The position numbers and the translations under genes were made by a program. From contig CAZSKK010000001.1 in the NCBI GenBank assembly GCA_964607415.1, forward strand, positions 132,190 through 196,189: DNA of 64,000 nucleotides, given 5' to 3'. Shown here piece after piece: positions 28,952-37,490 of the stretch. The notes below the pieces were generated by a model. That model had not been told where the DNA came from and searched no databases. It worked only from the letters and a program-made list of their open reading frames with translations. This DNA is from an uncultured Candidatus Saccharibacteria bacterium (GTDB taxonomy: Bacteria > Patescibacteriota > Dojkabacteria > J137). How positions within the stretch are numbered: position 1 is the first letter of the stretch; each line of letters begins with the position of its first letter.

Positions 28952-29140
28952 TACAAAAACAAAAAACTTTCCAGATACAGGAAAGTCTTTGATAGTCTCT
29001 TCTACCTGCTCGGGATATGTTTAATGTTTCAGGATCGGACTTTCCTAATAAGGATAACCGTTGCGGCACAGTGAGGGATTTGCACCCTGCTTCACTGAAA
29101 TATATCTTGAGAATAACGCAGTTAAGGTGGGGTGTCAATA
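28952..29140 (-). promoter_or_regulatory. Candidate riboswitch (cobalamin-like aptamer core) with intrinsic terminator
   Basis: Minus-strand RNA contains GUGAAGCAGGGUGCAAAUCCCUCACUGUGCCGCAACGGUUA (compare GGGAAGACGGGUGAGAAUCCCGCGCAGCCCCCGCUACUGUGA of characterised AdoCbl aptamers) and nested stems. It ends with the hairpin ACUUUCC-UGUAUC-UGGAAAGU plus UUUUUUGUUUUUG (28952..28986). The ORF-track 82-aa ORF 28890..29138 is probably not coding. Confidence 0.45.
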
Positions 29141-29236
29141 GCTTATAGCATATAGCTGATAGCCTGTAGAATTACGTTTGTGGTAATATGATAGGACATA
29201 ATTTGATCTATAAGCTATCTGCTAGATGCTGCCAAT

Positions 29237-30802
29237 ATGAAAATTTTACACACTTATCACATCCTAACCTTCGGCTGTCAGATGAACGTATCTGATTCTG
29301 AAAGATTTTCTGCATACCTTGAAGGCGTAGGGCTAACCCTGGTTGATCATTTTCAAAAAGCAGATCTGATTATTCTAAACACTTGTTCTGTTAAGCAAAA
29401 GGCAGAAAATAGAATAAATGGAGTTGTAAATAATATTAGAAATTTAACTAAAGACACAAACCCAACAATTGTTGTAACTGGTTGTATGGCTAGAAGAATC
29501 TGGGATGAAGAAAAGAATTTTTCAAACTCATCCCAAAAGAATTCAAGCAAAAGAGCGAATGAACTAAAACAATCGTTTCCACAAGTTGATATAGTTGTTG
29601 AAACTAAATACTTTTCTTCGATTGGAAGTTTACTTGGACTTAAACCTAAATTTAACGAAAACCCTGAACATTATTTGTCATTTAAGCCAAAATATAAAAG
29701 TAATTTCCAGGCATATATTCCAATTTCTACTGGCTGTAATCATTTTTGCACTTTTTGTATAGTTCCGTTTTCCAGAGGAAAGGAAATTTGCAGACCTTCC
29801 GAAGAAATTATCAGAGAAGTGTTTGATTTGGTTAAAGCTGGTTTTAAGGACATTACACTTTTAGGTCAAACTGTAAATAGATGGATAAACCCTGATTCTC
29901 AATCTGAGTTTGATTATAACGAGGCGATGACCTATATTGAGGGTTTGAATAAAGTGCACATGTCGGATTACGAATTACAAGTTTGGCATAAATTTTTCAC
30001 CGCAAAGCTTAATAATGATGAATCCGCTGAGCTTGAATTTTCTGATAATCTAACTCAACCAAAGGATTTTCTACAGTTACTTCAAGTTCTTGACCAAATT
30101 CCTGGTCAATGGTGGACAACATGGATTTCCTCACACCCAAATTATATGACCAATGAGCTTATTGAATTTGTTGGCGAGTCTGTAAAAAGTTCATTTTACT
30201 TTAACCAGGAAAACAATTTATTGGAAAATTCAAGTTCAGCGGGACACCAAAGACCATACCTACATTTTGCTCTGCAGTCTGGAAGTAATAATATGTTAAA
30301 GCGAATGAATAGAAGGCACACAATTGAAGAATTTTCACAAATTGTTCACAAAATGGATACTGAAATTCCAAGATTATCCTTATCTACAGACATCATTGTG
30401 GGTTTTATTGGCGAAACAGAAGATGATTTTAACGAAACTTTAAAAGCTGAAAGTGAGCTTAAATTCGATATGATGTATATTTCAGAATATTCGCCAAGAA
30501 AAGGAACGGCTGCTGCACGCATTAAGGATAATGTCCCAATCGAGATTAAGTCAAAAAGAAAAATAATTCTTAATGATTTACTTAAAAAAGTTGCATTTGA
30601 AAAAAATGAAAAACTTATTGGAACCAACAGACTTGTACTTATTGATGGAATTGATAAAAAAACTGGTATGTTAACTGCAAGAACTTCACACAATAAGCTA
30701 GTTAGGCTAGAAAGCAAAGATGAGTCATTAATCGGAACTTTTGCAATGTGTGAGCTTAAGAACTGTAGCGCATGGGCGTTTGAGGCGCAGCTTGTGAGTT
30801 AA
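29237..30802 (+). CDS. miaB: MiaB-like radical-SAM methylthiotransferase
   Basis: LTFGCQMNVSDSE (MTTase N-domain), CNHFCTFC radical-SAM cluster motif, and a C-terminal TRAM-like domain. Contains an insertion between the UPF0004 and radical-SAM parts. Confidence 0.7.
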   Translation: MKILHTYHILTFGCQMNVSDSERFSAYLEGVGLTLVDHFQKADLIILNTCSVKQKAENRINGVVNNIRNLTKDTNPTIVVTGCMARRIWDEEKNFSNSSQKNSSKRANELKQSFPQVDIVVETKYFSSIGSLLGLKPKFNENPEHYLSFKPKYKSNFQAYIPISTGCNHFCTFCIVPFSRGKEICRPSEEIIREVFDLVKAGFKDITLLGQTVNRWINPDSQSEFDYNEAMTYIEGLNKVHMSDYELQVWHKFFTAKLNNDESAELEFSDNLTQPKDFLQLLQVLDQIPGQWWTTWISSHPNYMTNELIEFVGESVKSSFYFNQENNLLENSSSAGHQRPYLHFALQSGSNNMLKRMNRRHTIEEFSQIVHKMDTEIPRLSLSTDIIVGFIGETEDDFNETLKAESELKFDMMYISEYSPRKGTAAARIKDNVPIEIKSKRKIILNDLLKKVAFEKNEKLIGTNRLVLIDGIDKKTGMLTARTSHNKLVRLESKDESLIGTFAMCELKNCSAWAFEAQLVS

Positions 30803-30852
30803 CGAGTTACGGGTTGCGGTTTTGGGTTTGTAGCGTGTGATGTCGTTGTGTG

Positions 30853-30931
30853 TGTCACCCTGAGCTTGTCGAAGGGTGAACTGTTTACTCGATTACATTT
30901 TGTCTATCCTTCGATTTCCCTCAGGATGACA
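30853..30931. repeat. MITE-like element: inverted pair of the CACCCT..AGGGTG hairpin repeat unit with terminal inverted repeats TGTCACCCTGAG / CTCAGGATGACA
   Basis: Left arm TGTCACCCTGAGCTTGTCGAAGGGTG. Right arm is the reverse complement of TGTCATCCTGAGGGAAATCGAAGGATA. Single units at 34575..34600, 58723..58750 and 60132..60157. Confidence 0.6.
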
Positions 30932-30959
30932 AAATAGCAATTCATCTCAAAGACACTTA

Positions 30960-31946
30960 CTATATTTTTCTCTTCTTTGTTGGCTTAGCTTTTTTGGATC
31001 TAGCAGTTGAAGGTTTTTGAGGTGATTTTTTTATTGGTTTTTTTGTTTCTTTTTTAACTTCAGTCTTTTCTTTCTTTGTTTTCCCAAAGTTAAAATTTTT
31101 AAGCTCTTTAAAATCAAACTTAAAAACAATAATTAAACTTGATAAAGAATATATAATTCCAAGTAAAATTAAAACGCCTGTCATAATAAAATTTACACCT
31201 AATCCAAAACTTAATGCCAAAATTATCAGGGAAGAAACTTTGAGTAAGTTTATTCCAAAATTTGCAGACTGGTTAAATATTTTAGCTTCTGATGCATTAA
31301 GATCTAAAATTTCTTGCTTACTTAATTTTAAAAACCCAATAGAATATATTGTTGTTGTTAAGAATGCAACTATATAGATTACAAGAATATCGTCTTTTTT
31401 TATTTGGTATAAATTTGAAACTAACGCTAAAGTTCCAATCGTCATTGCAAGTGTTAGTAAGGTATAAGAAATCGCTTGGAATATCATAATTAGTATATTC
31501 CTGATTTTTAATCTTGAATTTAATCTGTATAGCGTAATGTATACAAAGATAGTACTAATTAGCACAAAAAAAGCCAAACTTAGTCCGACTTCTTTTGCAA
31601 GTTCTAATTGAGACAAGTCACTTCTATATTCAAAAACATTGTAAGTAGATTTAATTGAATTTTGTATAAAGCTTTCACTAATTCTGTTTTGAACTTCGTC
31701 TTTATTTAGTTTGTAAAAATAAACTTCTGATGTTCTTTTGTTTACCCTTGCAATATTATCAAGACCGCGTAAGACTTCAATTGCTTTATTGGTATCTTCA
31801 CCTGAAACCTGAACTTTTATCTGATAGTTAAACTCAGATAATTTAAGTCCTCGATTTAACCCAACTGATAAAGCACTAACCAAAAGTAGCATAAAACATG
31901 CCAAAATAATGTAGTTGTATTGTCTTATAATTTTATTGAACTTCAT
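30960..31946 (-). CDS. Polytopic membrane protein (SecF-like topology?) with lysine-rich C-terminal tail
   Basis: N-terminal TM, about 100-aa extracytoplasmic domain, 5 C-terminal TM helices. SecF motifs not confirmed. Confidence 0.3.
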   Translation of the reverse strand: MKFNKIIRQYNYIILACFMLLLVSALSVGLNRGLKLSEFNYQIKVQVSGEDTNKAIEVLRGLDNIARVNKRTSEVYFYKLNKDEVQNRISESFIQNSIKSTYNVFEYRSDLSQLELAKEVGLSLAFFVLISTIFVYITLYRLNSRLKIRNILIMIFQAISYTLLTLAMTIGTLALVSNLYQIKKDDILVIYIVAFLTTTIYSIGFLKLSKQEILDLNASEAKIFNQSANFGINLLKVSSLIILALSFGLGVNFIMTGVLILLGIIYSLSSLIIVFKFDFKELKNFNFGKTKKEKTEVKKETKKPIKKSPQKPSTARSKKAKPTKKRKI

Positions 31947-33262
31947 TTTCTCTTTAAAGTAAATTTAGGATTTAAATGATAAAAATCAATTATGAACTTA
32001 AACATTGTATTGCATAGTAAAAGTGAGCTTAAACCAAACACCAAAATTGTTCCAATGAAATCGGCAATATTGCCAGACACTGCCGAAAATCTATACATAA
32101 AAATAGAAAGAATTAGAACAAATATTGAATAGTAAGAATATTTTTTTAATTGAGATTTAAACTCGTCAAATTGTACTTTTAAAAGCTGGTCAATCAAAAC
32201 TACCATAATACAGTAAGTAACCAAAAATCCTGTTACTGACCCCATGGAAACTATGGCACCAAATATTTTTAATATGCTTATAACTAAAAGAATGTATGAG
32301 CTTAAAAGCAGCCCAAAAAATATTCCGGCTTTTAGTTTGTTTTTATAAAGAATATAAAATGCACAAAATACGGCCGATAATATAAACATAATTGCTATCA
32401 TGCTTCCTCCACTTGGGGCATAATCGGGAAGTAATATTTCAGGTTCTAAAGATTCTAAGTCTAGACTATCATCAAGAGGGTCGTTATAAAAGAAAGATGC
32501 AATGATTTTCAAAGATAAAGGTTGTTCTTTATCATCTGGAAAAATCTCTAAGGATGGTAAAGCTTTAACTTTAGTCACAATTGCTTCAGAGTTATTATTT
32601 TGAGTCGTTGGAATTAAATAAAATGAAGGAACATCGTCGACTAACATAGTAATAACACCACCTTGGCCACCTACTCCAAACGCTGAGTTCAAAATATCTT
32701 TTTTAGAACCATCAAAATTGAAACTTAAGTAATTACCATATCTAGTATCGTATTCTGTTTGAATGCTGCCAACTACATCTGAATCTTTTAAATCAATTGG
32801 TGTTGAAGTTTGCTCACCGTAAGCTTCAAATTTTATTGAACCTTGTTTTGTAAGTAAACCAACAATATTTGAAGGTTTGGTGTAATGACTTGGTATATCA
32901 AATGAAATAAGTGAGAGTTCGTCGTTATTAAGCTGTGAAATATCAATATCATATAAACCTGAAAGCTTTGCTCTATTTGAGACAATGGTTGTAATGTGTT
33001 GCAACTTATTTCTTTTTTCTTCTGTGCTTAGGTTATTATTCGCAAAATTAACTTTTGACTGAAATCTTTGCTCAGAGAAAATTCCTGAACCTCTTCTTAA
33101 AGTTCCAACTGAAGTTGACCCAACTCCAATAATCTTTGCTGTAAGCTCTGGATATTCAAGTTCTTTGTCACCGACAGACAAGGTAAATTGGGGGATAGAG
33201 AATAACCCAAGGGCAACTATAAAAAGTAAACTTATAATAAATTTTGTTGTGATAATTTTCAT
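31943..33262 (-). CDS. Polytopic membrane protein with large extracytoplasmic domain (SecD-like topology?)
   Basis: N-terminal TM, about 270-aa external domain, 4-5 C-terminal TM helices. 4-bp overlap with the downstream gene. No GPTLG-type SecD motif seen. Confidence 0.3.
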   Translation of the reverse strand: MKIITTKFIISLLFIVALGLFSIPQFTLSVGDKELEYPELTAKIIGVGSTSVGTLRRGSGIFSEQRFQSKVNFANNNLSTEEKRNKLQHITTIVSNRAKLSGLYDIDISQLNNDELSLISFDIPSHYTKPSNIVGLLTKQGSIKFEAYGEQTSTPIDLKDSDVVGSIQTEYDTRYGNYLSFNFDGSKKDILNSAFGVGGQGGVITMLVDDVPSFYLIPTTQNNNSEAIVTKVKALPSLEIFPDDKEQPLSLKIIASFFYNDPLDDSLDLESLEPEILLPDYAPSGGSMIAIMFILSAVFCAFYILYKNKLKAGIFFGLLLSSYILLVISILKIFGAIVSMGSVTGFLVTYCIMVVLIDQLLKVQFDEFKSQLKKYSYYSIFVLILSIFMYRFSAVSGNIADFIGTILVFGLSSLLLCNTMFKFIIDFYHLNPKFTLKRK

Positions 33263-33427
33263 GTAGAAAATAATGGTTAAAGATTACAGATTTAAGAGAA
33301 TTTTTTAATTTTTTAAAATGAACAACAATATATTACAATTAATTACCAAATATAACCAATGACCTATAACAAGTTTTCTTTGTTTTAAAAATTTCTAAAT
33401 TCAATAATCTAAAAATTATTGCTGGTC

Positions 33428-34570
33428 TTACATAGTACTTAGTCTATACTTCGTCCCTCTGCCTTTACCATCGATTTTTATTAATTTTTTTCTTACCAGG
33501 TCATTAAGATCCCTAAATGCAGTCATCGTTGAAACATCCATCATGTGACAATAATCTTCTCTTTGTATTACAGGAACGGTTTGTAAATATTTCAAAATTT
33601 TAAGTTGCCTTTTGTTTAAATCTAAAAATGGTTGTTTCTTTGCTTTTTCATCTTCAAGTAAAAATTTATTTATTTCTTCTCTTGCATCTAGCAGATCCTT
33701 CATTATTTTTCTGCTAAATACTTCCAACCAATAGGTAAGATCGTAATTCTGCCTGCTAAGTTTGTAAGCTTCTATATATTCTTCATCGTTAAGATCAAAA
33801 TTTCTGGCAATGGATACAAAGCTTTTTCCTGAAAGACCGTTTTTATATAAAAGATAATCTGTAAAGCCAACTAAAGTAATTTTATTTCCAGCTAAAAACG
33901 GACAAATTTCAATTAATCTAAATATTGCCACTCCTATACGAACAATCTCGGGCATAGTTGGAGTAACATTTTTATACCATTCAATAAGATCTGAAACCTC
34001 GTTTTCTCTTGGGGTGTCCGCTTGCATATCGCGAAGTGGTGCAAAGTTATCCCATCTTTCGTCAATTGTTTCTTGAACATTTCTAAATCTTGCATCCCAG
34101 CTTTCCCTCCAGTTTGTAACAATAAGTTTATTTATATGTAATAATGCTGCTCTATCCATTTCTCCATAGGTTGCTGCAATGTTAGATCTATTAAATTCCA
34201 AAGTATTTCTGAAATTAGTAATCATATATGCTCTTTCGTCATCAAGGCCTTCAACTTTTCTACTTATTAAGATTTTTTCTGCGTCTTTTAAAGTAAGCTC
34301 TACTCCTAAAATATGAGCAATGTGTAAAATATCCGAGGCCTTATTGTATGAATTTAATTTTTGTTTAACATTGTAAGAAAGTTCGGTTTTCTGGATAGTA
34401 GTTTTGTGGTGCTCTATTTTTATCAAATTGGAAACAAGTTTGTCTGTGTAGTTAATCTTGGGGTCGAACATGTGAAAAATGATATTAAAATTATATGCAG
34501 ATGTTACTATATTACCAGAGACTAGTAAATAGTAACTTGTAACTGTTAGTATGTAAACAGTGAGTATCAT
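33428..34570 (-). CDS. Fic-fold protein with degenerate active-site motif and C-terminal winged-helix
   Basis: IVRIGVAIFRLIEICPFLAGNKITLVGFTDYLLYKNG matches the Fic helix/motif context but carries CPFLAGNK instead of HPFx(D/E)GNGR. C-terminal KLIKIDGKGRGTKY looks like a wHTH. N-terminal TM. Confidence 0.4.
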   Translation of the reverse strand: MILTVYILTVTSYYLLVSGNIVTSAYNFNIIFHMFDPKINYTDKLVSNLIKIEHHKTTIQKTELSYNVKQKLNSYNKASDILHIAHILGVELTLKDAEKILISRKVEGLDDERAYMITNFRNTLEFNRSNIAATYGEMDRAALLHINKLIVTNWRESWDARFRNVQETIDERWDNFAPLRDMQADTPRENEVSDLIEWYKNVTPTMPEIVRIGVAIFRLIEICPFLAGNKITLVGFTDYLLYKNGLSGKSFVSIARNFDLNDEEYIEAYKLSRQNYDLTYWLEVFSRKIMKDLLDAREEINKFLLEDEKAKKQPFLDLNKRQLKILKYLQTVPVIQREDYCHMMDVSTMTAFRDLNDLVRKKLIKIDGKGRGTKYRLSTM

Positions 34571-34574
34571 TTAT

Positions 34575-34600
34575 TGTCACACTGAGCCTGTCGAAGTGTG
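34575..34600. repeat. Hairpin repeat unit (variant CACACT..AGTGTG) abutting the start codon of the Fic-like gene
   Basis: TGTCACACTGAGCCTGTCGAAGTGTG: compensatory C-to-A / G-to-T relative to the CACCCT/AGGGTG copies. Confidence 0.6.
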
Positions 34601-34743
34601 GCAATGAGCATTGTGTAAGCTAGCATATAGCAAATAGTAATTGGTAAATAGGAAAATTAATACAGTAGCGTATAGCTTATAGCGTCATGCGGTTGTTAGA
34701 TTATTGCTTAATATTTCAACGAATTGTAAAATTGCATTGATTT

Positions 34744-34816
34744 GCTGGAATAGCTCAGTTGGTAGAGCTTCGGTATCGTAAACCGATGGCCGTGGGTTCG
34801 ATTCCCACTTCCAGCT
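34744..34816 (+). tRNA. tRNA-Thr (anticodon CGT)
   Basis: GCTGGAATAGCTCAGTTGGTAGAGCTTCGGTATCGTAAACCGATGGCCGTGGGTTCGATTCCCACTTCCAGCT. Anticodon loop ATCGTAA, T-loop TTCGATT. Followed by a T-run. Confidence 0.85.
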
Positions 34817-34889
34817 TTTTATTTTTCTTCCACTTCAATTCACTTAACTTTTGTAGTAATATTTCTCCGATATTTTATCCCAACACCTT

Positions 34890-36095
34890 ATGAGCCAGGA
34901 GAACTTATTAACCCAAACTTTCGAGGACTATCTTGCACATCGTGATTTAAACCTATTCCCTACTGCAGAACTCGAACAGCTAGAAACTGTTGAAGAGTTT
35001 AAACCAGTAGTTGAAGCTGCGATTGAATATTTATACAATTTACAAAGCGGAGTTGGATTAGAACAGGAAAATTTAAATTACCTTGCGCATGCAGTCGTTT
35101 CTCATTTAACTAAACTAAATAGCGAAGGTGAACAAGCTTTAGCAGCATTTCTTTTACCATCAAACCCTCCTGCTGAAGATCTTTACGTTGATACTGAAGA
35201 TGAAGATGTCCAAAAAACTGCAATTAGCGAATGGGAGGTTGAGCATGAAGAAAGGAATAAACATATTTTGAAGCAGGTAAGAAATATTATATCTAAGGAG
35301 GGACCTGGACAAATTTTTATAATAGAAGGAAATATGTATTCTGCAAAAAGCGATGCACTTATGCGCATTGCAAAAAATCTTTTTGATACCCGAATAAATG
35401 GCTACAAATATAGTAGGGAGGATTTTCATGCGTTTGGATTTGGAGGATTTGAAGATGGTATTAAATCAAGGGTGGGAGGTCGAGGCAGAGAAAATCCTAT
35501 AAAAACAACGCAAGAAGTGGAAGAAACTAAAAGAGTTTTTCTAGACGGTTTATTGGCTGCTTTAAATGATTTGACTCCAAAACAAGGAATGATGATTTTG
35601 ATTGATGAATATAGCTTTTTATCAGGTAGTACAGATGAATCAGATCTGCTTGCAGGTAAACTTAAACGTTTTGCACAAAAAGGGGTTACAATTATTGTAG
35701 CTGGCTTAAATGCTAACTTTAAGGACGAGCAGCTACCAGTTTCTCATGCTTTCGAAGTTCACAGTAAACAAGAAAGAAATATTTTTAAAAGGTTGGAGCA
35801 ATGTGTGGCTTTCGCTGTGCACCCAAAAACTAGAAGAAGCATTCCTGCAGAAACTACAACTAGGTACGATCTCTTTTCAGGTGAACATGCATTTGCTGAT
35901 TTGATAATGCCAATAGTTATTGGCAGAGAACATAAATTTGTGAAATATGGAGCAATACCCAAAAAAGCGCATATATTTAGGCACTTAATGGATAACGATG
36001 AAAACCTTTATGGAAAGCTTGGCTTAATCAGCAATGAAGTAAGGGAAAAGGTGTTGAATGATAGAATCAAAGCAAATATTGGCGCTGAAGCTTAA
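34890..36095 (+). CDS. Hypothetical protein with thymidine-kinase-like core and degenerate P-loop
   Basis: GQIFIIEGNMYSAKSDALMRIAKNL resembles the TK segment G.I.VI.GPMFSGKSTELLRR, with GNMYSAKS instead of GPMFSGKS. MMILIDEYSFL resembles the TK Walker B (IDEAQFF). No C-terminal zinc ribbon. 130-aa N-terminal extension. Confidence 0.3.
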   Translation: MSQENLLTQTFEDYLAHRDLNLFPTAELEQLETVEEFKPVVEAAIEYLYNLQSGVGLEQENLNYLAHAVVSHLTKLNSEGEQALAAFLLPSNPPAEDLYVDTEDEDVQKTAISEWEVEHEERNKHILKQVRNIISKEGPGQIFIIEGNMYSAKSDALMRIAKNLFDTRINGYKYSREDFHAFGFGGFEDGIKSRVGGRGRENPIKTTQEVEETKRVFLDGLLAALNDLTPKQGMMILIDEYSFLSGSTDESDLLAGKLKRFAQKGVTIIVAGLNANFKDEQLPVSHAFEVHSKQERNIFKRLEQCVAFAVHPKTRRSIPAETTTRYDLFSGEHAFADLIMPIVIGREHKFVKYGAIPKKAHIFRHLMDNDENLYGKLGLISNEVREKVLNDRIKANIGAEA

Positions 36096-36175
36096 CGTGC
36101 TGAAGAGCGTGAATTTTACAACTCAAGTGATCGCATAGCTTTCATCTAAGCAAATTCTGCAAGAAGGAGCCTAGG

Positions 36176-36526
36176 TTAACCTTCCAATGGATTTGTTCGT
36201 CCTCTCATTAAAAAGTTTCTGATAGGTCCAGTAATAGTCATATATATTGCACCCATAAGAGCACCATTTAGTGATATATAAATATCATCAACTTTACTTT
36301 CTAACTCTATAAGCCCGTGTTGTTGTATAAATTTATTTATTTGAGGGAACCCGATTTTATCCTCAAATTTTGATCTTAAATATGCTTTGATATCATCATC
36401 TAGATTTTCTCTAACGAGCTGATGAATATTGTTGATTCCTTCAGAAAATGCGTAAACTTTTAAAGTCTCTATCTGGTTAAAAGCATCGTCAATAATTTTT
36501 ATAGGATTAGGTTCGGTTTCTAACAT
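36176..36526 (-). CDS. Hypothetical protein
   Basis: ORF only. Confidence 0.25.
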   Translation of the reverse strand: MLETEPNPIKIIDDAFNQIETLKVYAFSEGINNIHQLVRENLDDDIKAYLRSKFEDKIGFPQINKFIQQHGLIELESKVDDIYISLNGALMGAIYMTITGPIRNFLMRGRTNPLEG

Positions 36527-36582
36527 ATGAAAAATTTAATTGAAGAATTGTACCAGTTTTTGATTTAAGTATACAGTAGATT

Positions 36583-37350
36583 TTATTGAATATTTTTCAT
36601 TGGTCTAACTCTTCTTAGTCCATTATCCTCTACTTCGTACAGAAATCCTTGGTAGGCTGGATTTACTCCATTTTCATCGTAATCTAACCATTCTTGATCT
36701 TGAAGAGGTTTAGATTGGTCTTTTATTCTAATTTTCCCATATCTAACTCCGTTTTGATCACCATATTGTTCAGTTGAATTTACATATTCAAGTTCAATCA
36801 CTTTTCCTGAATCGTCTCTTTCAACTTTAGAAATCATCATTACGTGGTGAGCATTTGGCCTACTCCATTTGGACCTAATTAAATCACCTGGTTTTACATC
36901 TGAAATTTCGATTTTATCAGCGTTTAATTCGCCAGTAATAATTTCTGCGCCTAGTTTTTCTACAGGTTTAAGAATATATGCAATTCTGTAGGCAATAGAT
37001 TTATTATATATCTTCATCTTTGACCAGATTGATTTTCCAGTTTCAGCTTTGTACCAGTTATTCAAAACATGTACTACAAATCCTGAACAGTCTATTCCAA
37101 TTCCTCGTTCCATTAAAAACTTTCTGATTTCCAGTTCGTTCATGTTTTCAAACTCTACTCCTTTTACCTTTTCCCAGATTTTAGCTTCCATTTCTATTTC
37201 TTCAGGGGTACCCTTACCCATCATTGCTCTCAAATCTTTTTTTCGTTTTAAATTGATAAAATACGGGCATGCGATTTCTTTTCCATCAAGCTTTAAGTGG
37301 AAATATTGGTCGATTGTTTTTTGTGCGGTTTCTGGTAAGGTTTGAATCAT
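36583..37350 (-). CDS. NlpC/P60 (papain-like) family peptidase/amidase
   Basis: GIDCSGFVVHV contains the NlpC/P60 catalytic Cys context (DCSGF). A downstream His (NAHHVMMI) is present. No signal peptide. Confidence 0.5.
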   Translation of the reverse strand: MIQTLPETAQKTIDQYFHLKLDGKEIACPYFINLKRKKDLRAMMGKGTPEEIEMEAKIWEKVKGVEFENMNELEIRKFLMERGIGIDCSGFVVHVLNNWYKAETGKSIWSKMKIYNKSIAYRIAYILKPVEKLGAEIITGELNADKIEISDVKPGDLIRSKWSRPNAHHVMMISKVERDDSGKVIELEYVNSTEQYGDQNGVRYGKIRIKDQSKPLQDQEWLDYDENGVNPAYQGFLYEVEDNGLRRVRPMKNIQ

Positions 37351-37490
37351 AGTTAGCGGATACCAAATAGCTTTTAGATAAATAAGATTCTAGCCGATAT
37401 TTATAGAGCTCAGTTAATTTGTTAATAAGTACACAGTTAATTAGTATAACAACGAATTAACCGTTCATTAGTTAACCTATTTAACCCTTG

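Noticed and set aside
29017-29046. AGGAAAGUCCGAUCC on the minus strand resembles the RNase P RNA P4 5-prime strand (AGGAAAGUCCGG)
   Set aside because: No complementary P4 3-prime strand (GAUCGGAC or similar) anywhere in the 395-bp spacer, and no other RNase P conserved regions. The segment is better explained as part of the riboswitch-like leader.
28890-29138. ORF-track 82-aa ORF on the minus strand
   Set aside because: Lies entirely within the structured leader and terminator of the riboswitch-like element. No start context. Likely non-coding.
30960-33262. SecD/SecF assignment for the two polytopic membrane proteins
   Set aside because: Topology and gene order fit, but diagnostic SecD/SecF motifs (GPTLG, GLDFTGG, YSLNDSIVV) could not be found by eye. 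Reported only as membrane proteins with SecDF-like topology.
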